Shown here one piece after another: positions 9,356 to 20,800 of a stretch of 64,000 nucleotides of DNA. This DNA is from an uncultured Candidatus Micrarchaeota archaeon. GTDB taxonomy: Archaea; Micrarchaeota; Micrarchaeia; Anstonellales; Bilamarchaeaceae. The notes under the pieces are model-generated. The model had not been told where the DNA came from, ran no database searches, and saw only the letters and a list, made by a program, of their open reading frames with translations. The stretch's first letter is position 1; each line of letters opens with the position of its first letter. The stretch covers positions 441-64,440 of the forward strand of contig CAIKOA010000006.1 of assembly GCA_903828955.1 (NCBI GenBank). The letters are read 5' to 3'. The position numbers and the translations under genes were made by a program.

Positions 9356-10917
9356 ATGAGGAAACTCCTGCTAGTGCTCCTCCTACTAGCTTCCTTGTCG
9401 CATTCAGAGATCTACGTGAGCGAAGGAGGCAACGTAAGCGCCCTAAGCATTAATGGCACAGAAAGGACAATCTACTGGGCAGGAATAACCGGCTGGATGA
9501 ACGCAGCCGCCCCCTTCAATCCAAACTACCCAATTGGCTATGAATCCATCGGGGTTTCAGACATTAATTCAACTTATGCAAACGGCACCTGGTACGGGCT
9601 CCCGATGATAGTCACCAGATTGGGTTTCAAGCCCGAACTAAGCGACATCCGCCCGCCCACCCTCGCGGACATCTCCACTGGAGGAATGTTTGATAATTTC
9701 ACAAAGTTCTACGGCCTCGATTTCCTAAACTTCACAGACAGCCCCCTCTTCACTTTCCTGGGCGCCCTCAGCGCAACCTGCCAGCTAGGCAACCAGAACT
9801 TTAGTTGCGCCCAAATAACCCTCACAGGCCCGACCCCGCTCTGGCTCCTTGTCTACGACAACGGAACCCACCAGGAGCCCATCTTCATAGCAAACGTAAC
9901 CAACACAACGGGCTACAACGGCACCACATTCGCTTTCCAGTACATGGTCCCTGTGCAGGACAACTATTTCTTCTACATTTACCCGGAGGAATGCAACATA
10001 ACTGTGTTTATAGACGGCACCAAGACCACCACCTACCCGAAGACCGGGGTTCCCTACGATGTTGAGTTCCTTGTCACTTACAACGATTCCCTAATCCCCA
10101 TCCCCCACGCATTGGTCCGCGTTACCGAGAACAATGGAAGAACCCTCCTCTATCCAAACCTTTATGCAGGAAGAAATTACTCCGGAATGGGCTACATGTT
10201 CACAAACCCCTCCGGAAATGCGGCCTTTGCCCTTTCCCCGACCCGCTACAACATTCCGGATTCCTACGATTACGAAGTATACGCAGAAGTAATTTATCCC
10301 GCCTACTGCAGAACGAATATGTCCCTCACGAACTATCATTACCTTGAACCCACCTACCGCTCCTCGCTTGTAAACCCAAGCTACGGCAGCCAGGTAAAAA
10401 CTTCAGTCCAGAACATGAACTCGATTGCAAGCACCGCTTCCAAATGGATAACCGCCGGAAAGGCAAGGGACGCAACCTTCACAGTAAGAACCGATGGAAC
10501 CGTTGTGGGGTTCTTCCAACCCTTAAAGTGGGCGCCCCGAACGTCTTCAATGTCACAATCCTTGATTCAGGAAATCCAGTAAATGGAAACATAACCGTCC
10601 AGGAACTCAATGGACTGATAATCTACGTTCCGGCGCAACCCGAAAAAGAGCTCTACAACAACACGGGCCCCCTCCCAAGCAACGAAACCTTCATGCTGAT
10701 GCCGACCCGCTATAACAACAACGCAAACCTCACCTTCCTCATGTATTACAATGATACTAATTTCGCAAACCTCACATTCACAATTGACTCAGTTCTCGAG
10801 GACCCCCAGCCCTCGGAAATGACGATGGACAATCCTACAAATGCTTTAATAGGTTCTGCTCTACAGAACATAAACCAGGTCCTTTCCAACATCGGAAAGT
10901 CAATATCCACGGTGTAA
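9356..10917 (+). pseudogene. Secreted surface glycoprotein split by a frameshift near 10507-10510 (real lesion or sequencing error)
   Basis: Signal peptide and many NxS/T sequons. ORFs 9356-10582 and 10444-10917 join if G4 at 10507-10510 is G5; the second frame carries a repeat of the preceding domain. Confidence 0.7.
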
Positions 10918-12614
10918 TGATGAAAAAAGAAATGTTCTTTATCGTGTTGTGCCTTTCCCTCGTTTTCGCAGCGACCGGAAGAATAACCGACACGACCGGA
11001 ACAACCCAGAACGTGCTGGACTCCTCCGCATACAGGGTGTATGTGGACACATTCGGCGCAAACCCTGACTTCGGCTTAGAGCTCTGCAACGCGGGCCAGA
11101 AGTATGCCGCAGCAACATACCTTGCAAACATAAGCGGAACGCTTTCTTACCTCACAATAAGCAAGGACCTCACCACCGGGTCCACGAATACGCTTGTATA
11201 CACCTCAAACGGCGCAGGCCCGTGCTACACAACGCCAATCGACAAGTTCGCATTTTCCCAATTCAGGGATTTCACAAGAACCCCGATCGTTTTCTCATCC
11301 GCATTCCCCGGGAGAATCCACGCCCTCTATTCAAGCAGCGCAGACGGCTCATCCCCAAGCGCGGCATTCCTCAATTACTCCAGCGGATGGCTGAGGGGCT
11401 CCTTCGCAACAACCCGCACCTTTTCACAGGCAACCGGAAAAGTCAGCGCAAACGTAAACACAATCACCTTTGAAACGGATTTCGGGAGCATCACCAAGAA
11501 CCCCAATGATCCGCAATGGGGCCTGAATTCTTCCACCGGGAGAAGCCTCTTCATCGCCCTCTGCTCTGATGATTACGGAGGAGCCTGCTCAGACGCAAAA
11601 ATCATAAACTCTTCAGCCCAGCTCCCCACGGATCTCGGCATGGGTGGGGTCACCATCAACGACCAGCACGCCTACAACCGCTTCGTGGTTGTTGACGGCC
11701 TTGGCGACCCAATCTGCGTGGGCGCGGACCTGGCCCCAGGGATTTCCGCAAATCCAAGCGCAATCAGCAACAACGAAAGCAGCAACATCACAATCACCGC
11801 AACCAACAACGGAAATGTAAACATCACAACTGATTTCAACATCACTTTGAACATTACAGGCCCCGGCGGCTATTTCCGCACCACTTCCTGGCTGGTTACA
11901 ACCGACCTTGCCCCGGGCAGCTCCGTGAGCCGCTCCTACCTCTGGAACCACACGGGCTTAAGCGGCACCTACACCTTCACCACAAACGTAGATGCGAACA
12001 ACAACATCGTCGAATGCAACGAGAACGACATCGCATCCACAACCGTGCTCGTTTCCCCCGCCTTCTACCTCCACGTTTGGATAGATGGGAACTATACGAA
12101 TGTCTTCCCGGTATGGGGAAGGCCCTACAACATCACCCTCTACATAAACGACTCGGACGGAAACCCGGTTTCCAATGCCCGCTATATGCTCACCGAAACG
12201 AACGGCCTCAACCCCTTCACCCCCACCCAGGTCTGGAACAACTCCGGGCTTGAACGCGGCCTCGTAAGCTCTTCAGTTGGCCGCATCCAGGGAAACGGGA
12301 CCGGCTATGTCCAGTTCACGATGGTCCCAACCTGCAACAAACTCTTTACCGATTTCTCCTATCTCGGAGTTGACACCTATGTAGGAAACTACTCCATAAT
12401 CGTGAATGGCTACACCGCTGGCGGAAGCCCGATTGCCTTCTCATACAATGGCACAAAAACCCCGGACTATCCGCTCCTCATAGGAAACTGGACATGCGCA
12501 GACCCGGGCTGGGTGAACAACAAGGAAATCATCAACAAGAACCAGTATGTGCTTCACGTCTACGACTGGCTGTATGAGGTTTACTCTATCACCAAGAAGC
12601 TGGTGGTTCCGTAG
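10917..12614 (+). CDS. Secreted surface protein with CARDB-like Ig domain
   Basis: Signal peptide; ADL...TNNGN...GTYTFTTNVDANNNIVECNEND CARDB-like motif; translationally coupled to both neighbours. Confidence 0.75.
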   Translation: MMKKEMFFIVLCLSLVFAATGRITDTTGTTQNVLDSSAYRVYVDTFGANPDFGLELCNAGQKYAAATYLANISGTLSYLTISKDLTTGSTNTLVYTSNGAGPCYTTPIDKFAFSQFRDFTRTPIVFSSAFPGRIHALYSSSADGSSPSAAFLNYSSGWLRGSFATTRTFSQATGKVSANVNTITFETDFGSITKNPNDPQWGLNSSTGRSLFIALCSDDYGGACSDAKIINSSAQLPTDLGMGGVTINDQHAYNRFVVVDGLGDPICVGADLAPGISANPSAISNNESSNITITATNNGNVNITTDFNITLNITGPGGYFRTTSWLVTTDLAPGSSVSRSYLWNHTGLSGTYTFTTNVDANNNIVECNENDIASTTVLVSPAFYLHVWIDGNYTNVFPVWGRPYNITLYINDSDGNPVSNARYMLTETNGLNPFTPTQVWNNSGLERGLVSSSVGRIQGNGTGYVQFTMVPTCNKLFTDFSYLGVDTYVGNYSIIVNGYTAGGSPIAFSYNGTKTPDYPLLIGNWTCADPGWVNNKEIINKNQYVLHVYDWLYEVYSITKKLVVP

Positions 12615-14693
12615 ATGAAGCGCGCACTCTTTCTTTTCCTGATTATTTTTTCCCTTTCCTTTGCCCAATTCTACCAGTTCTACATCGTGAAGGCGAGCGA
12701 CCACACCACGATGAACCTTATTTACGATAACAATTCCACTTCTTACAAGGACAACTCCATTGAAAACCCGGATGCGCAGCTCAGGATTTGCGCATTGAGT
12801 TCAGCCGAACTCCAGAACAAATGGGTTTCCCTTGCTTATGCAGACGGGATGAATCCAGGGGATTATATCGAGATAACTCATTTCCCAATCCAGATAACCC
12901 GCGTCCCCCCTAACAATTGCGTCTACCTCCCCCTTGAGATCTCAAGCTTCAAGGCATGGTATCCCTCCATCCCCTTCCTCTTCATATCTAACACCACCGA
13001 CCTTTCCACTGCAGAGCGGATAAAATTCCCCCCAATCTGGGGCTGGCTCAAGGGAAATTACACAGTTGTTTCCGCCAAGACCGGGAACAACGTAAACATA
13101 ACAGTTACCCGGGCAGTCGATGAAAATAACATAACAATAATCCCGGATGTCAATTTCCTCGTAGTCGGCCTGATGCAGGAAGGAATCCTTCTGACAACCG
13201 ATACCGCAATTACTTCAATAGGCGACCCGGTGGTTCTTTCCCTGGGCTCCTATAGCGGCAATTATACAATTCACGTAAACGGAATCGGCCCCGGCCAGTT
13301 TGGGCCCAATGTAACGATAATAACGCCCCAGCCAATCACTTACAATACAAACATGGTTCCATTCACCTATTCAATACTAAGTTATTACCCCCTTGATTCC
13401 TGCTGGTATGTTCTCGATGGCAAGAGGGTTGACATGCCCGATTGCACAATTTCCTATATACTGCGTTTGCAAAACGGCACCCACACGCTTGTGCTCTATG
13501 CAAATGACACCGCGGGGCAGAACGGCTCGGATTCCGTAAAATTCAAGGTGGGGATTGTTACGCCGCCTTATTACCCAGGAGGCCCGGGAGGCCCCCATGT
13601 GCCACAGCCCACCCCCGAAGTGCCCCCGGTCATCCCTCCGGCATACGACTATTTCACGATAAGCCCAGAAGACATCCACATAACAATTGATTACCCGAGC
13701 TCAGGTGAATCCTCATTTTTCCTTTATTCAAAATACAAAATGGTCGACATCCAATGCACGGTGAAAGGGGACTTCGCGCAATATTCCACGGTGGACCTTG
13801 TTTCCAACGAGGTTGGCGAAGGCGGAACGATAGACGGCACAGTTACCGTGGAAATCCCCCCGGAAATCCTTATCGATTACAAAGGGAGCAAGGAGGGCCT
13901 TCTCCAATGCATCGGGAGGAGCACGATGAACTCCAGCCTCTTCCTTTCCACTTCAGCAAACGTATACCTGGAAATAAACGAACCACTCATAACCGTTGAA
14001 AACATAACCGTGGAGCTCTACCCGGGCCAAACGGTAAACACAACGATCCTTCTCAACAACACCGGCCAGGGAAACGCATCCACTTATGCGTTTGACGCGC
14101 AATTCGAAGGCAAAGAATCCGGCCTCATAACGATAACCCAGCTTCCCGGGATGATAGGCCACGGGCAGGAAGGGATTCTCCCGATTTCCATTTTTGTAGC
14201 GCCCGGATTCCCAACCGGAGAATACACAATCCCCATCGTGATCTATGAAAACGGAAAGCTAATTGGAAGCGGCAACATCAAAATAAAGGTAAAGGAAGGC
14301 CTCTACCTCCCGCTTGGGGTCTGCGCCTTCCCAGTGCTCACCAGCTTCTACATATTTTATGATACGGTGCCCATGTGGGTATTCCTCATAATTCTTCTGA
14401 TCGCAAATTACGCGCTCCTGGAATGGAGGAAGAGGCACATCTGGCAGAGAAGGCTTCTCATGGCCTCCCTCCCAACCCTGCTTTCATTGCCCGGAATCTG
14501 GCTGTTCGCGCCCTGCTTTATGATGAACCTTGCCCTTGCGCAGTTCATCTCCACTTTCCTCTGGAAGCTCCTGCATGAAAAAGAAAGGGAAGAACTCTAT
14601 TCAGGAAGGAGACAGAAGAGGAAGCCTTACCGCAGCGAAGAAAAAGCAGAGGAAGGGAAGGACCGCAAAATGGCAAAAGAAGAGGAGAAATAG
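12615..14693 (+). CDS. Membrane-anchored surface protein with Ig-like domains
   Basis: Signal peptide, SCWYVLDG...GTHTLVLYANDTAG Ig-like segment, Pro-rich linker, C-terminal TM helices and charged tail. Confidence 0.7.
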   Translation: MKRALFLFLIIFSLSFAQFYQFYIVKASDHTTMNLIYDNNSTSYKDNSIENPDAQLRICALSSAELQNKWVSLAYADGMNPGDYIEITHFPIQITRVPPNNCVYLPLEISSFKAWYPSIPFLFISNTTDLSTAERIKFPPIWGWLKGNYTVVSAKTGNNVNITVTRAVDENNITIIPDVNFLVVGLMQEGILLTTDTAITSIGDPVVLSLGSYSGNYTIHVNGIGPGQFGPNVTIITPQPITYNTNMVPFTYSILSYYPLDSCWYVLDGKRVDMPDCTISYILRLQNGTHTLVLYANDTAGQNGSDSVKFKVGIVTPPYYPGGPGGPHVPQPTPEVPPVIPPAYDYFTISPEDIHITIDYPSSGESSFFLYSKYKMVDIQCTVKGDFAQYSTVDLVSNEVGEGGTIDGTVTVEIPPEILIDYKGSKEGLLQCIGRSTMNSSLFLSTSANVYLEINEPLITVENITVELYPGQTVNTTILLNNTGQGNASTYAFDAQFEGKESGLITITQLPGMIGHGQEGILPISIFVAPGFPTGEYTIPIVIYENGKLIGSGNIKIKVKEGLYLPLGVCAFPVLTSFYIFYDTVPMWVFLIILLIANYALLEWRKRHIWQRRLLMASLPTLLSLPGIWLFAPCFMMNLALAQFISTFLWKLLHEKEREELYSGRRQKRKPYRSEEKAEEGKDRKMAKEEEK

Positions 14694-14715
14694 GAAGTGT
14701 AATTATCCAAGGCAC

Positions 14716-15633
14716 CTATTCTTTAGTAAGTATTCTCGCCCCAGTTTCTTCCACAACAATCGTATGTTCAGCCTGGGAAACAAGCCCCCCGCCCATCTCT
14801 TTAAGCACCGGGTATGCCTTAAGCACCTGCATTCTCAGCATTTCCTTTAGAGCATTCTTGAGCAAGAGGCGCGATTTGAAATCCTGTGCAAGCCACCTTT
14901 CCGCAAACGGGAGCAGTCCATACCTATCTATTACATTCTGGAGTATTTTCCTGGATTCCCTGAGCCTGAGCGCCCCAGGCATATATAGGCTGAATATCTC
15001 CACCTGGTCAGAATCCGAAACAAACCCCTTTCCATTTGTTGCGAAAGGCTCAATCGCATAAATCTCCCCGACCTGGAATTGGTATGGGTCCTCGCTTTTC
15101 ACGCAGGGCACATCTATCCCCGTATGCAGCATCCCCGTGCTTATCCTGTGCCCGGTAAGGTTTGCAACCGGCCTATACCCATATCCTTTGATGGTATCCT
15201 CAATAACCCCACCAATGCTGCCCACGGTAACTCCCGGCTTTATCGCGGCAATTGCAGCTTCCAGCGCCTTTTCCGAGGCCTCAACAAGCGTTGCGTAATT
15301 TCCGCTCAAATCCACAGTATATGCAGTATCCGCAATCGCCCCGTTCCTCTCAACCCCCAAATCAACCTTTACAATATCCTTTTCCCCAAGCAGGGTCTTG
15401 TCCCCCGCTTCCGGGGTATAGTGCGCAGCAATATCATTTACGGAAACGTTCGTTGGGAATGCGGGGTCGCATCCCTGCTCCCTAACCATTCCTTCGATGG
15501 TTTCCGCAATGTCCAGCAACCCCTCGCCCACGTTCACAAGCTGCCTGCTCTCCTCCCTTATTTTTGCAGCTATCCTCCCCACCTCGGCGAACTCTTCGAT
15601 GGTTGCTTCTGCCGGCATTTCTTCCATACGCAA
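14716..15633 (-). CDS. map: Methionine aminopeptidase type II
   Basis: AFPTNVSVNDIAAHYTP, KVDLG, DTAYT, NLTGH, AIEPFAT, SQAEHT. Confidence 0.95.
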   Translation of the reverse strand: MRMEEMPAEATIEEFAEVGRIAAKIREESRQLVNVGEGLLDIAETIEGMVREQGCDPAFPTNVSVNDIAAHYTPEAGDKTLLGEKDIVKVDLGVERNGAIADTAYTVDLSGNYATLVEASEKALEAAIAAIKPGVTVGSIGGVIEDTIKGYGYRPVANLTGHRISTGMLHTGIDVPCVKSEDPYQFQVGEIYAIEPFATNGKGFVSDSDQVEIFSLYMPGALRLRESRKILQNVIDRYGLLPFAERWLAQDFKSRLLLKNALKEMLRMQVLKAYPVLKEMGGGLVSQAEHTIVVEETGARILTKE

Positions 15634-15712
15634 AGATTAGCCAAAACCCTTTAAATTCCCTTTCGCCCCTCTGCCGGTAGCATTTATATCCTTTTCTTGC
15701 GAAACGCAACCC

Positions 15713-17467
15713 ATGGGGAGGTATTCAGTATTACTAGGGTTATTGGTACTCATATGCTCTTTTTCCAGTGCATACATCGTGGTGAATTCCCTTGATTACA
15801 AGGACGTCGCCTCAGCCGCATTCTACGCAAACCTGAAAGGCGAGGAGATCTACTATATCACCCCATCCACAGATTTGCACACGGCCGTATTGAAAGTGGG
15901 CCCAAGGACGCTGGAACTTTTCGAATCCGGCCCCACCCCGGTTGTTTCAGGCTACCAGAACGCCCTTGAATCAAATGGATGCACGGTAACAAAAACGATC
16001 TCCCAGGACCCCTTTGCATTCAACCTTGAACTTGCAGGCAAATCGGGCGCCTCTTCCTACATAATCATGGACCCCGCATACTCCTACAACACAGTTTCCC
16101 TTTTTGCCTACGCAAAATCCGCAAAGGCATATGTCCTCTTTGCGGACAAGGCCCACGCTGATTCGGTCTCCGCTTTCCTTTCCTCCAAATCCGCAAGCGG
16201 GATTATCGTTTTCGGAATGGTGGACCAGGCAGTGAAGGATTCGCTCGTCTCAAAGAATATAAAGTTCGACCAGATAGACAATGGAGACAAATACCTTGAC
16301 AATGTCGAAATCCTCAATAGATACTATTCCAAATTTGATTCCCAAAAGCAAATCCTGATGGCAGACGGCGCTTTCTACGACCCGGCAATAACCCTCGGCC
16401 AGCAGCCAACAATGCTCGTTTCCAACACCGTCCCCAAGGAAACCAAGGATTTCCTTTCCGGGCAGGTTCGAGACGGAAAAATCAAGGTCGCAGTTTTGAT
16501 TAAGCCTGATTACACCGGAATGGCCTATGATTTGATGAAGTCAATCAATTCCGAATACACAGAAAAGAAATTCTCGGTTTTCGTAAAGATGGGGCAGGCT
16601 TCCGCAAAACAGGAAACCCCGGGCGCCCTGGACGTCTATGCGCTTCCCCCGATAGTCCTGAACGTGGGCTTCATAGGGGTCCAATACAACACTGCAACAA
16701 AGCAGCTTGAACTCATACTTGAAAACAAGGGGTCCATTTCCACTTACACAACCTCCTCCATAAAAGTTTATTCGAATGGGGAAATAATCGCAACCGTAGG
16801 GGACAAGGAAGCCCAGATACTCCAGAAAGGGCAAAAGCAGGGCTTCTCCTACCCGCTCACACTCTCAAACCCGGGCAACCTCTCCGCAAATGTCACCACT
16901 TACTACAGTTCTTCCAAACTTGCCTATGAAAAAGGCTTCAATGTATTCGTAACCCTTGGAAAAGTCGATTTCACCGATGGCTCAAAAATGGAAATAACAA
17001 AGGCAACCTACGACCAGGGCGCAGACAAGGTTTCCATTAAAGTAACCAACACCGGAAACCAGGACGTCTATTTCCGCGCAGGCGTAAACTACACAAGCGA
17101 TGCGGGAAGCTCTTCAATGGACAACCCCGAAGTAAAGGTGCTCCCCTCGGGCCAATCCACGGTAATGCAGATTTCCGGCCTCCTCATCGAAGCGAAAGAG
17201 ATTCCTTCCCTGCAAATGAAGGCAATAGCCGCATACGGAGGCAGGGAATCCTTCCTTGTAAACCAGGCAGTCGCTCCGGTTGAAATCGTTTCAGGCCCGG
17301 ACTGGCTCCTGATAGCCCTTGGAGTGATTATACTATTGATACTCCTGCTGATCATTTACTGGTTCTTCATCAGGAAGAAAGGGCCCAGGCCAACCCCGGT
17401 CGCAGCGGCTCCGCCTTCGGCTCCTCCAGAAACAGCCAAGCCGGCCCGCGCAGGCAGGAAAAAATAA
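15713..17467 (+). CDS. Cell-surface protein with signal peptide and C-terminal TM anchor
   Basis: N-terminal signal, beta-rich C-terminal domains, WLLIALGVIILLILLLIIYWFF TM, then a basic Pro-rich tail. Confidence 0.7.
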   Translation: MGRYSVLLGLLVLICSFSSAYIVVNSLDYKDVASAAFYANLKGEEIYYITPSTDLHTAVLKVGPRTLELFESGPTPVVSGYQNALESNGCTVTKTISQDPFAFNLELAGKSGASSYIIMDPAYSYNTVSLFAYAKSAKAYVLFADKAHADSVSAFLSSKSASGIIVFGMVDQAVKDSLVSKNIKFDQIDNGDKYLDNVEILNRYYSKFDSQKQILMADGAFYDPAITLGQQPTMLVSNTVPKETKDFLSGQVRDGKIKVAVLIKPDYTGMAYDLMKSINSEYTEKKFSVFVKMGQASAKQETPGALDVYALPPIVLNVGFIGVQYNTATKQLELILENKGSISTYTTSSIKVYSNGEIIATVGDKEAQILQKGQKQGFSYPLTLSNPGNLSANVTTYYSSSKLAYEKGFNVFVTLGKVDFTDGSKMEITKATYDQGADKVSIKVTNTGNQDVYFRAGVNYTSDAGSSSMDNPEVKVLPSGQSTVMQISGLLIEAKEIPSLQMKAIAAYGGRESFLVNQAVAPVEIVSGPDWLLIALGVIILLILLLIIYWFFIRKKGPRPTPVAAAPPSAPPETAKPARAGRKK

Positions 17468-17686
17468 TCGGCAGGCGGGGGAAGGTCCCCCTCCTCCCGT
17501 TAACCAACCCCCCGCGATATTCCCACATCCTTAGATAACTTTGCAACTCTTCGCGCTTTCCCTTAAGGAACAGTGGCGTAAGGAGACGGACAAAGAGCCG
17601 CAAAAATATAAGAAAAAGTAATATCTGATGCTGTTTTTTCTTTGGGTGAACCGCACCTTTCTTTTTTACAAAAAAGAAAGGGGAGA

Positions 17687-17785
17687 CGGGCCCGACGGGA
17701 TTTGAACCCATACTCCGAGGTTTCCCCTGCAATCAGGAGAAGGCATTCGAAGCCTCGTCGGCTATCCAGGTTACCAAACGGGCCC
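17687..17785 (-). tRNA. tRNA-Arg(TCG) with 25-nt intron at 37/38 (intron 17722-17746)
   Basis: Acceptor GGGCCCG/CGGGCCC; anticodon stem CGAGG/CCTCG around CT-TCG-AA; T-loop TTCAAAT; intron forms a BHB (CTTC:GGGG helix, 3-nt bulges). Confidence 0.88.
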
Positions 17786-17856
17786 ATTTGCTAGGTATTC
17801 CCAGCATAAGTTTATTTATGGCTTCCACTACGCGGAAATAAAACAAAAAATAAAAA

Positions 17857-20800
17857 TTAGTATCGGACCGGCCCGTGCGGAGCCTTGGAGGCGGAGCCCG
17901 CTTCCTTGCCCTTCTTTGGCGCATGCATCTTCTTGTCTCCGATTTTCGCAGCTTCCTCCAGCTTCTTCTGGTTCTGCTCACTTACGCAGGAGAAATAGTT
18001 CAGCCCCTGCTTTCCCGCGCACGGAGACGCCTTCTTCGCCTTTTTCACATTCGCTTTTGGAGCATTCGTCCCCTTCGGAGCCGGCCCTATTATGGAATCC
18101 ACCTCTTTTTGGTGCTTCTCGATCTTCGCCTTTGCCCTCTGGTGGCTTGCTTCCCACTTCGGAAGCACGAAGTTGAGCGCCCTCTCAAGGGCCGCAGAGC
18201 CGCGTTTGCCTCCAGTAAGAGCCTTGCAGGCGCCCTCCCTTTCCTCCTGGTTTGCCTGGTAGTTCGAGCTGTCGTAAAGCTTCATTATTCTTTCTGCGTT
18301 CTTTCCAAGCACTTCGGAGACGGCCGCCCTGAATTCCTTCTTGCTCATTCCGGATTCAAGCGCTTCCTTCTCTATCTGCGCCATCCTCACCGTTACGGTC
18401 TCGTGGTATGCGGCAAAGAGGCACCGTTCCCCGCTTTTTGCGCTCTCGATTTTTCCCATATGGGATTCCTTGTCAAGCGGAGGAAGGGAAACCCCCTTCG
18501 CATTCGACTCCTTAATCGTGGTCGGGAAGGTCCTCGGGTTTCCCGCCCTGTCCCCAAGCACTATCGAAAGGCGCATCAATGCGGCATATTTTTCAATCGC
18601 ATCAATCTCGCTTCTTGCAAGGTCAGACATAACTGAAAGCTCAATCATCCTGTTTGGGAACTTCATCTTGAGCATCAGCGGGACCCATTCCACATCCTCA
18701 GGAAGGACCTTTCCGTCAAGCCCTCCTTCTACCGACGCATAGGCCGCCCTGAGCATTTCCTTGCTCACAAGCAACCCGTGGCCTTCCCGGCACCAGTCAT
18801 CCAGAGCAGCTTTCAGCCCGGTTTTATCCCTGGCGTGTTTCTCAACAGCCACCGGGGGCTGAACTGGCTGGGCTTCCCTCACCGCCTTTATAACCCGGTC
18901 CACTCCGGAGTCCGGAGCAAATCCTGAATCCGCATTTGCCCCCGCATCCTTCTTGGAAATGGGTGCAACTGCCGCCTTATTTCCCGCGTCCTTCTTTGCA
19001 GAAGCCTTCCCGGCATCAACAAGCCCTGCAGGAAGTTCCACCGAACTCTCTTCTGCAACCTTCTCAACCTGCGCCGCAACCGGCTTCTGCGCAGCCTCAT
19101 CTGCGCGTGTCCCAAGCGTAATTATTCCGTTCTGGCCAAGCCATAGCCCTGTAGCAAGCACACCTGCTCCAACCGCCATCGTTATCGCGGTCCCGATGCT
19201 TCTTGCAACCGGCCCATGCTGCTTAGGGGCAGCCCTTTGCGCAGGAACTGCATGCGCCTGCGGTCTCCTTCTCGGATCAGTCCCATATAGTGCTTCCCTG
19301 AGCTGATCCGGAGTCAGTGCTGATGGCCTCCCAATCGGAGTTGCCGGGCCGGGCTTAGGCTGGGCAGCTACCCTGCCTGCTTCAGCCTTTATTCTTGCAG
19401 CTTCTTCAGGAGGAATATCCACCGTTGCAGCAGCTTTCTCTGCAGCTTTGCGGATATCCTTTCCGGCTTCTCCTCCTGCCCCTGCCTGCGCGTCCTTTAT
19501 GAGGTCCATGTACTTGCTTCTCTCGAACGGGTCGTCCGGAGCAAGCGCCATTATCGCCTCCTTCACCCTCGCCTTCGTCTTGGCAGAATCAAGCTCCGCG
19601 TTCCTGCTGGAAACAAGCACTTCCGCAAGCACCTTCGCCATCATGTCGCGCTTTAATTCGTATTCCGCAGCAGTAATCTTGTATTTTTCAAGGTCCTGCT
19701 CGAGCTGCCTTACCCTTGCCCTTTCCTGCTTTGTTGCAAATCCCACAATCATCTCATGGACGTTATCCGCAGCAAGCACCGGCTCGTATAAATCTGTTCC
19801 CCCCCGGTCTACCGGCTCGAGCATTTCCCTTAGCTGCTCAACTCTTCCCGTTTCATTATCGTCAAGCGTTCCGCTCTTGATTGCAGCATTGCAGAGCCTC
19901 ATTAGCGCAACTCTGCCATATTCTCCAGGAGAAATCCCGCGTGCGTTTTCCTTTGTGAAGTCTCCTGCAAGCGCCTTACTTAAAAGCTCATGCACGTCGC
20001 TTATCTGCGAATATTCGCGCTTCTTTTCAGCAAGCCATTGCGTGTACGCCAAGAAGCTCCTCTCAGGCCCATCCTTCCCTTTCGGAATCTCGAAAAAGTC
20101 AGCATTGAACTTTTCCAGCCTCGCAACCCTTGCCCTTTCCGCGCTTGCAACGAGGGTCTCGCCCTTCTTATTTTTTGGAACCGACGGAGGCGCCCCCGCC
20201 CCCTCTCCATCTGCAACGAGGGTCTCGCCCCTCTTCTCCGTTGCAACCGATGGAAGCTTTCTCGCCTTCTCTATCGCATCAGGAAGCAGCTTTGCGAAGT
20301 TGTTCAGTTCATTAAGTTCCGCAGGAATCCCTGAGCTTTCCATGTATACCTTCTCAACAGCATAGAAAATATCCCCATAAATGCTGAAGTCCTCCTCGGG
20401 CTTCTCGTTTTTAGTGGCGCCAAGCTTCCCTTCTCCGCGCACTGCCCCTCCAGACGCAGCTGCCTCAGGAGATATGTGTGTTTCCGCAAAAGCACGTTCT
20501 CCCCAGACTTTCTGCTTTCCATCCACTGCGCTAACCGCTTCGGGCGCCACAACCTTGGTTTTGCCCAAATCCTCACCTGCTGCAGGTTCCGCAGCCGCTC
20601 TTGCAGCCGCCGCCTGCACTGCCCTCAATTCATCACTCATCTGTCCAGGGCTAACGCTTCCGGTCCCTTCAAGAACCCCCGCAAGTTCCCTCACAGCCCT
20701 CAGCTGCCCGGTAGGAATCCTCTGTGAAACAGGATCAGTTATGGGCTTTGCACCGCTCAATTCTTCGATATGGCGTATGTTCAAAGCCCCGCTTCCCTCT

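Noticed and set aside
10486-10518. Second BHB intron at the frameshift in the surface gene
   Set aside because: An AAGAACC/GGTTCTT stem exists, but I found no 4-bp helix flanked by two 3-nt bulges. A 1-nt homopolymer change is simpler.
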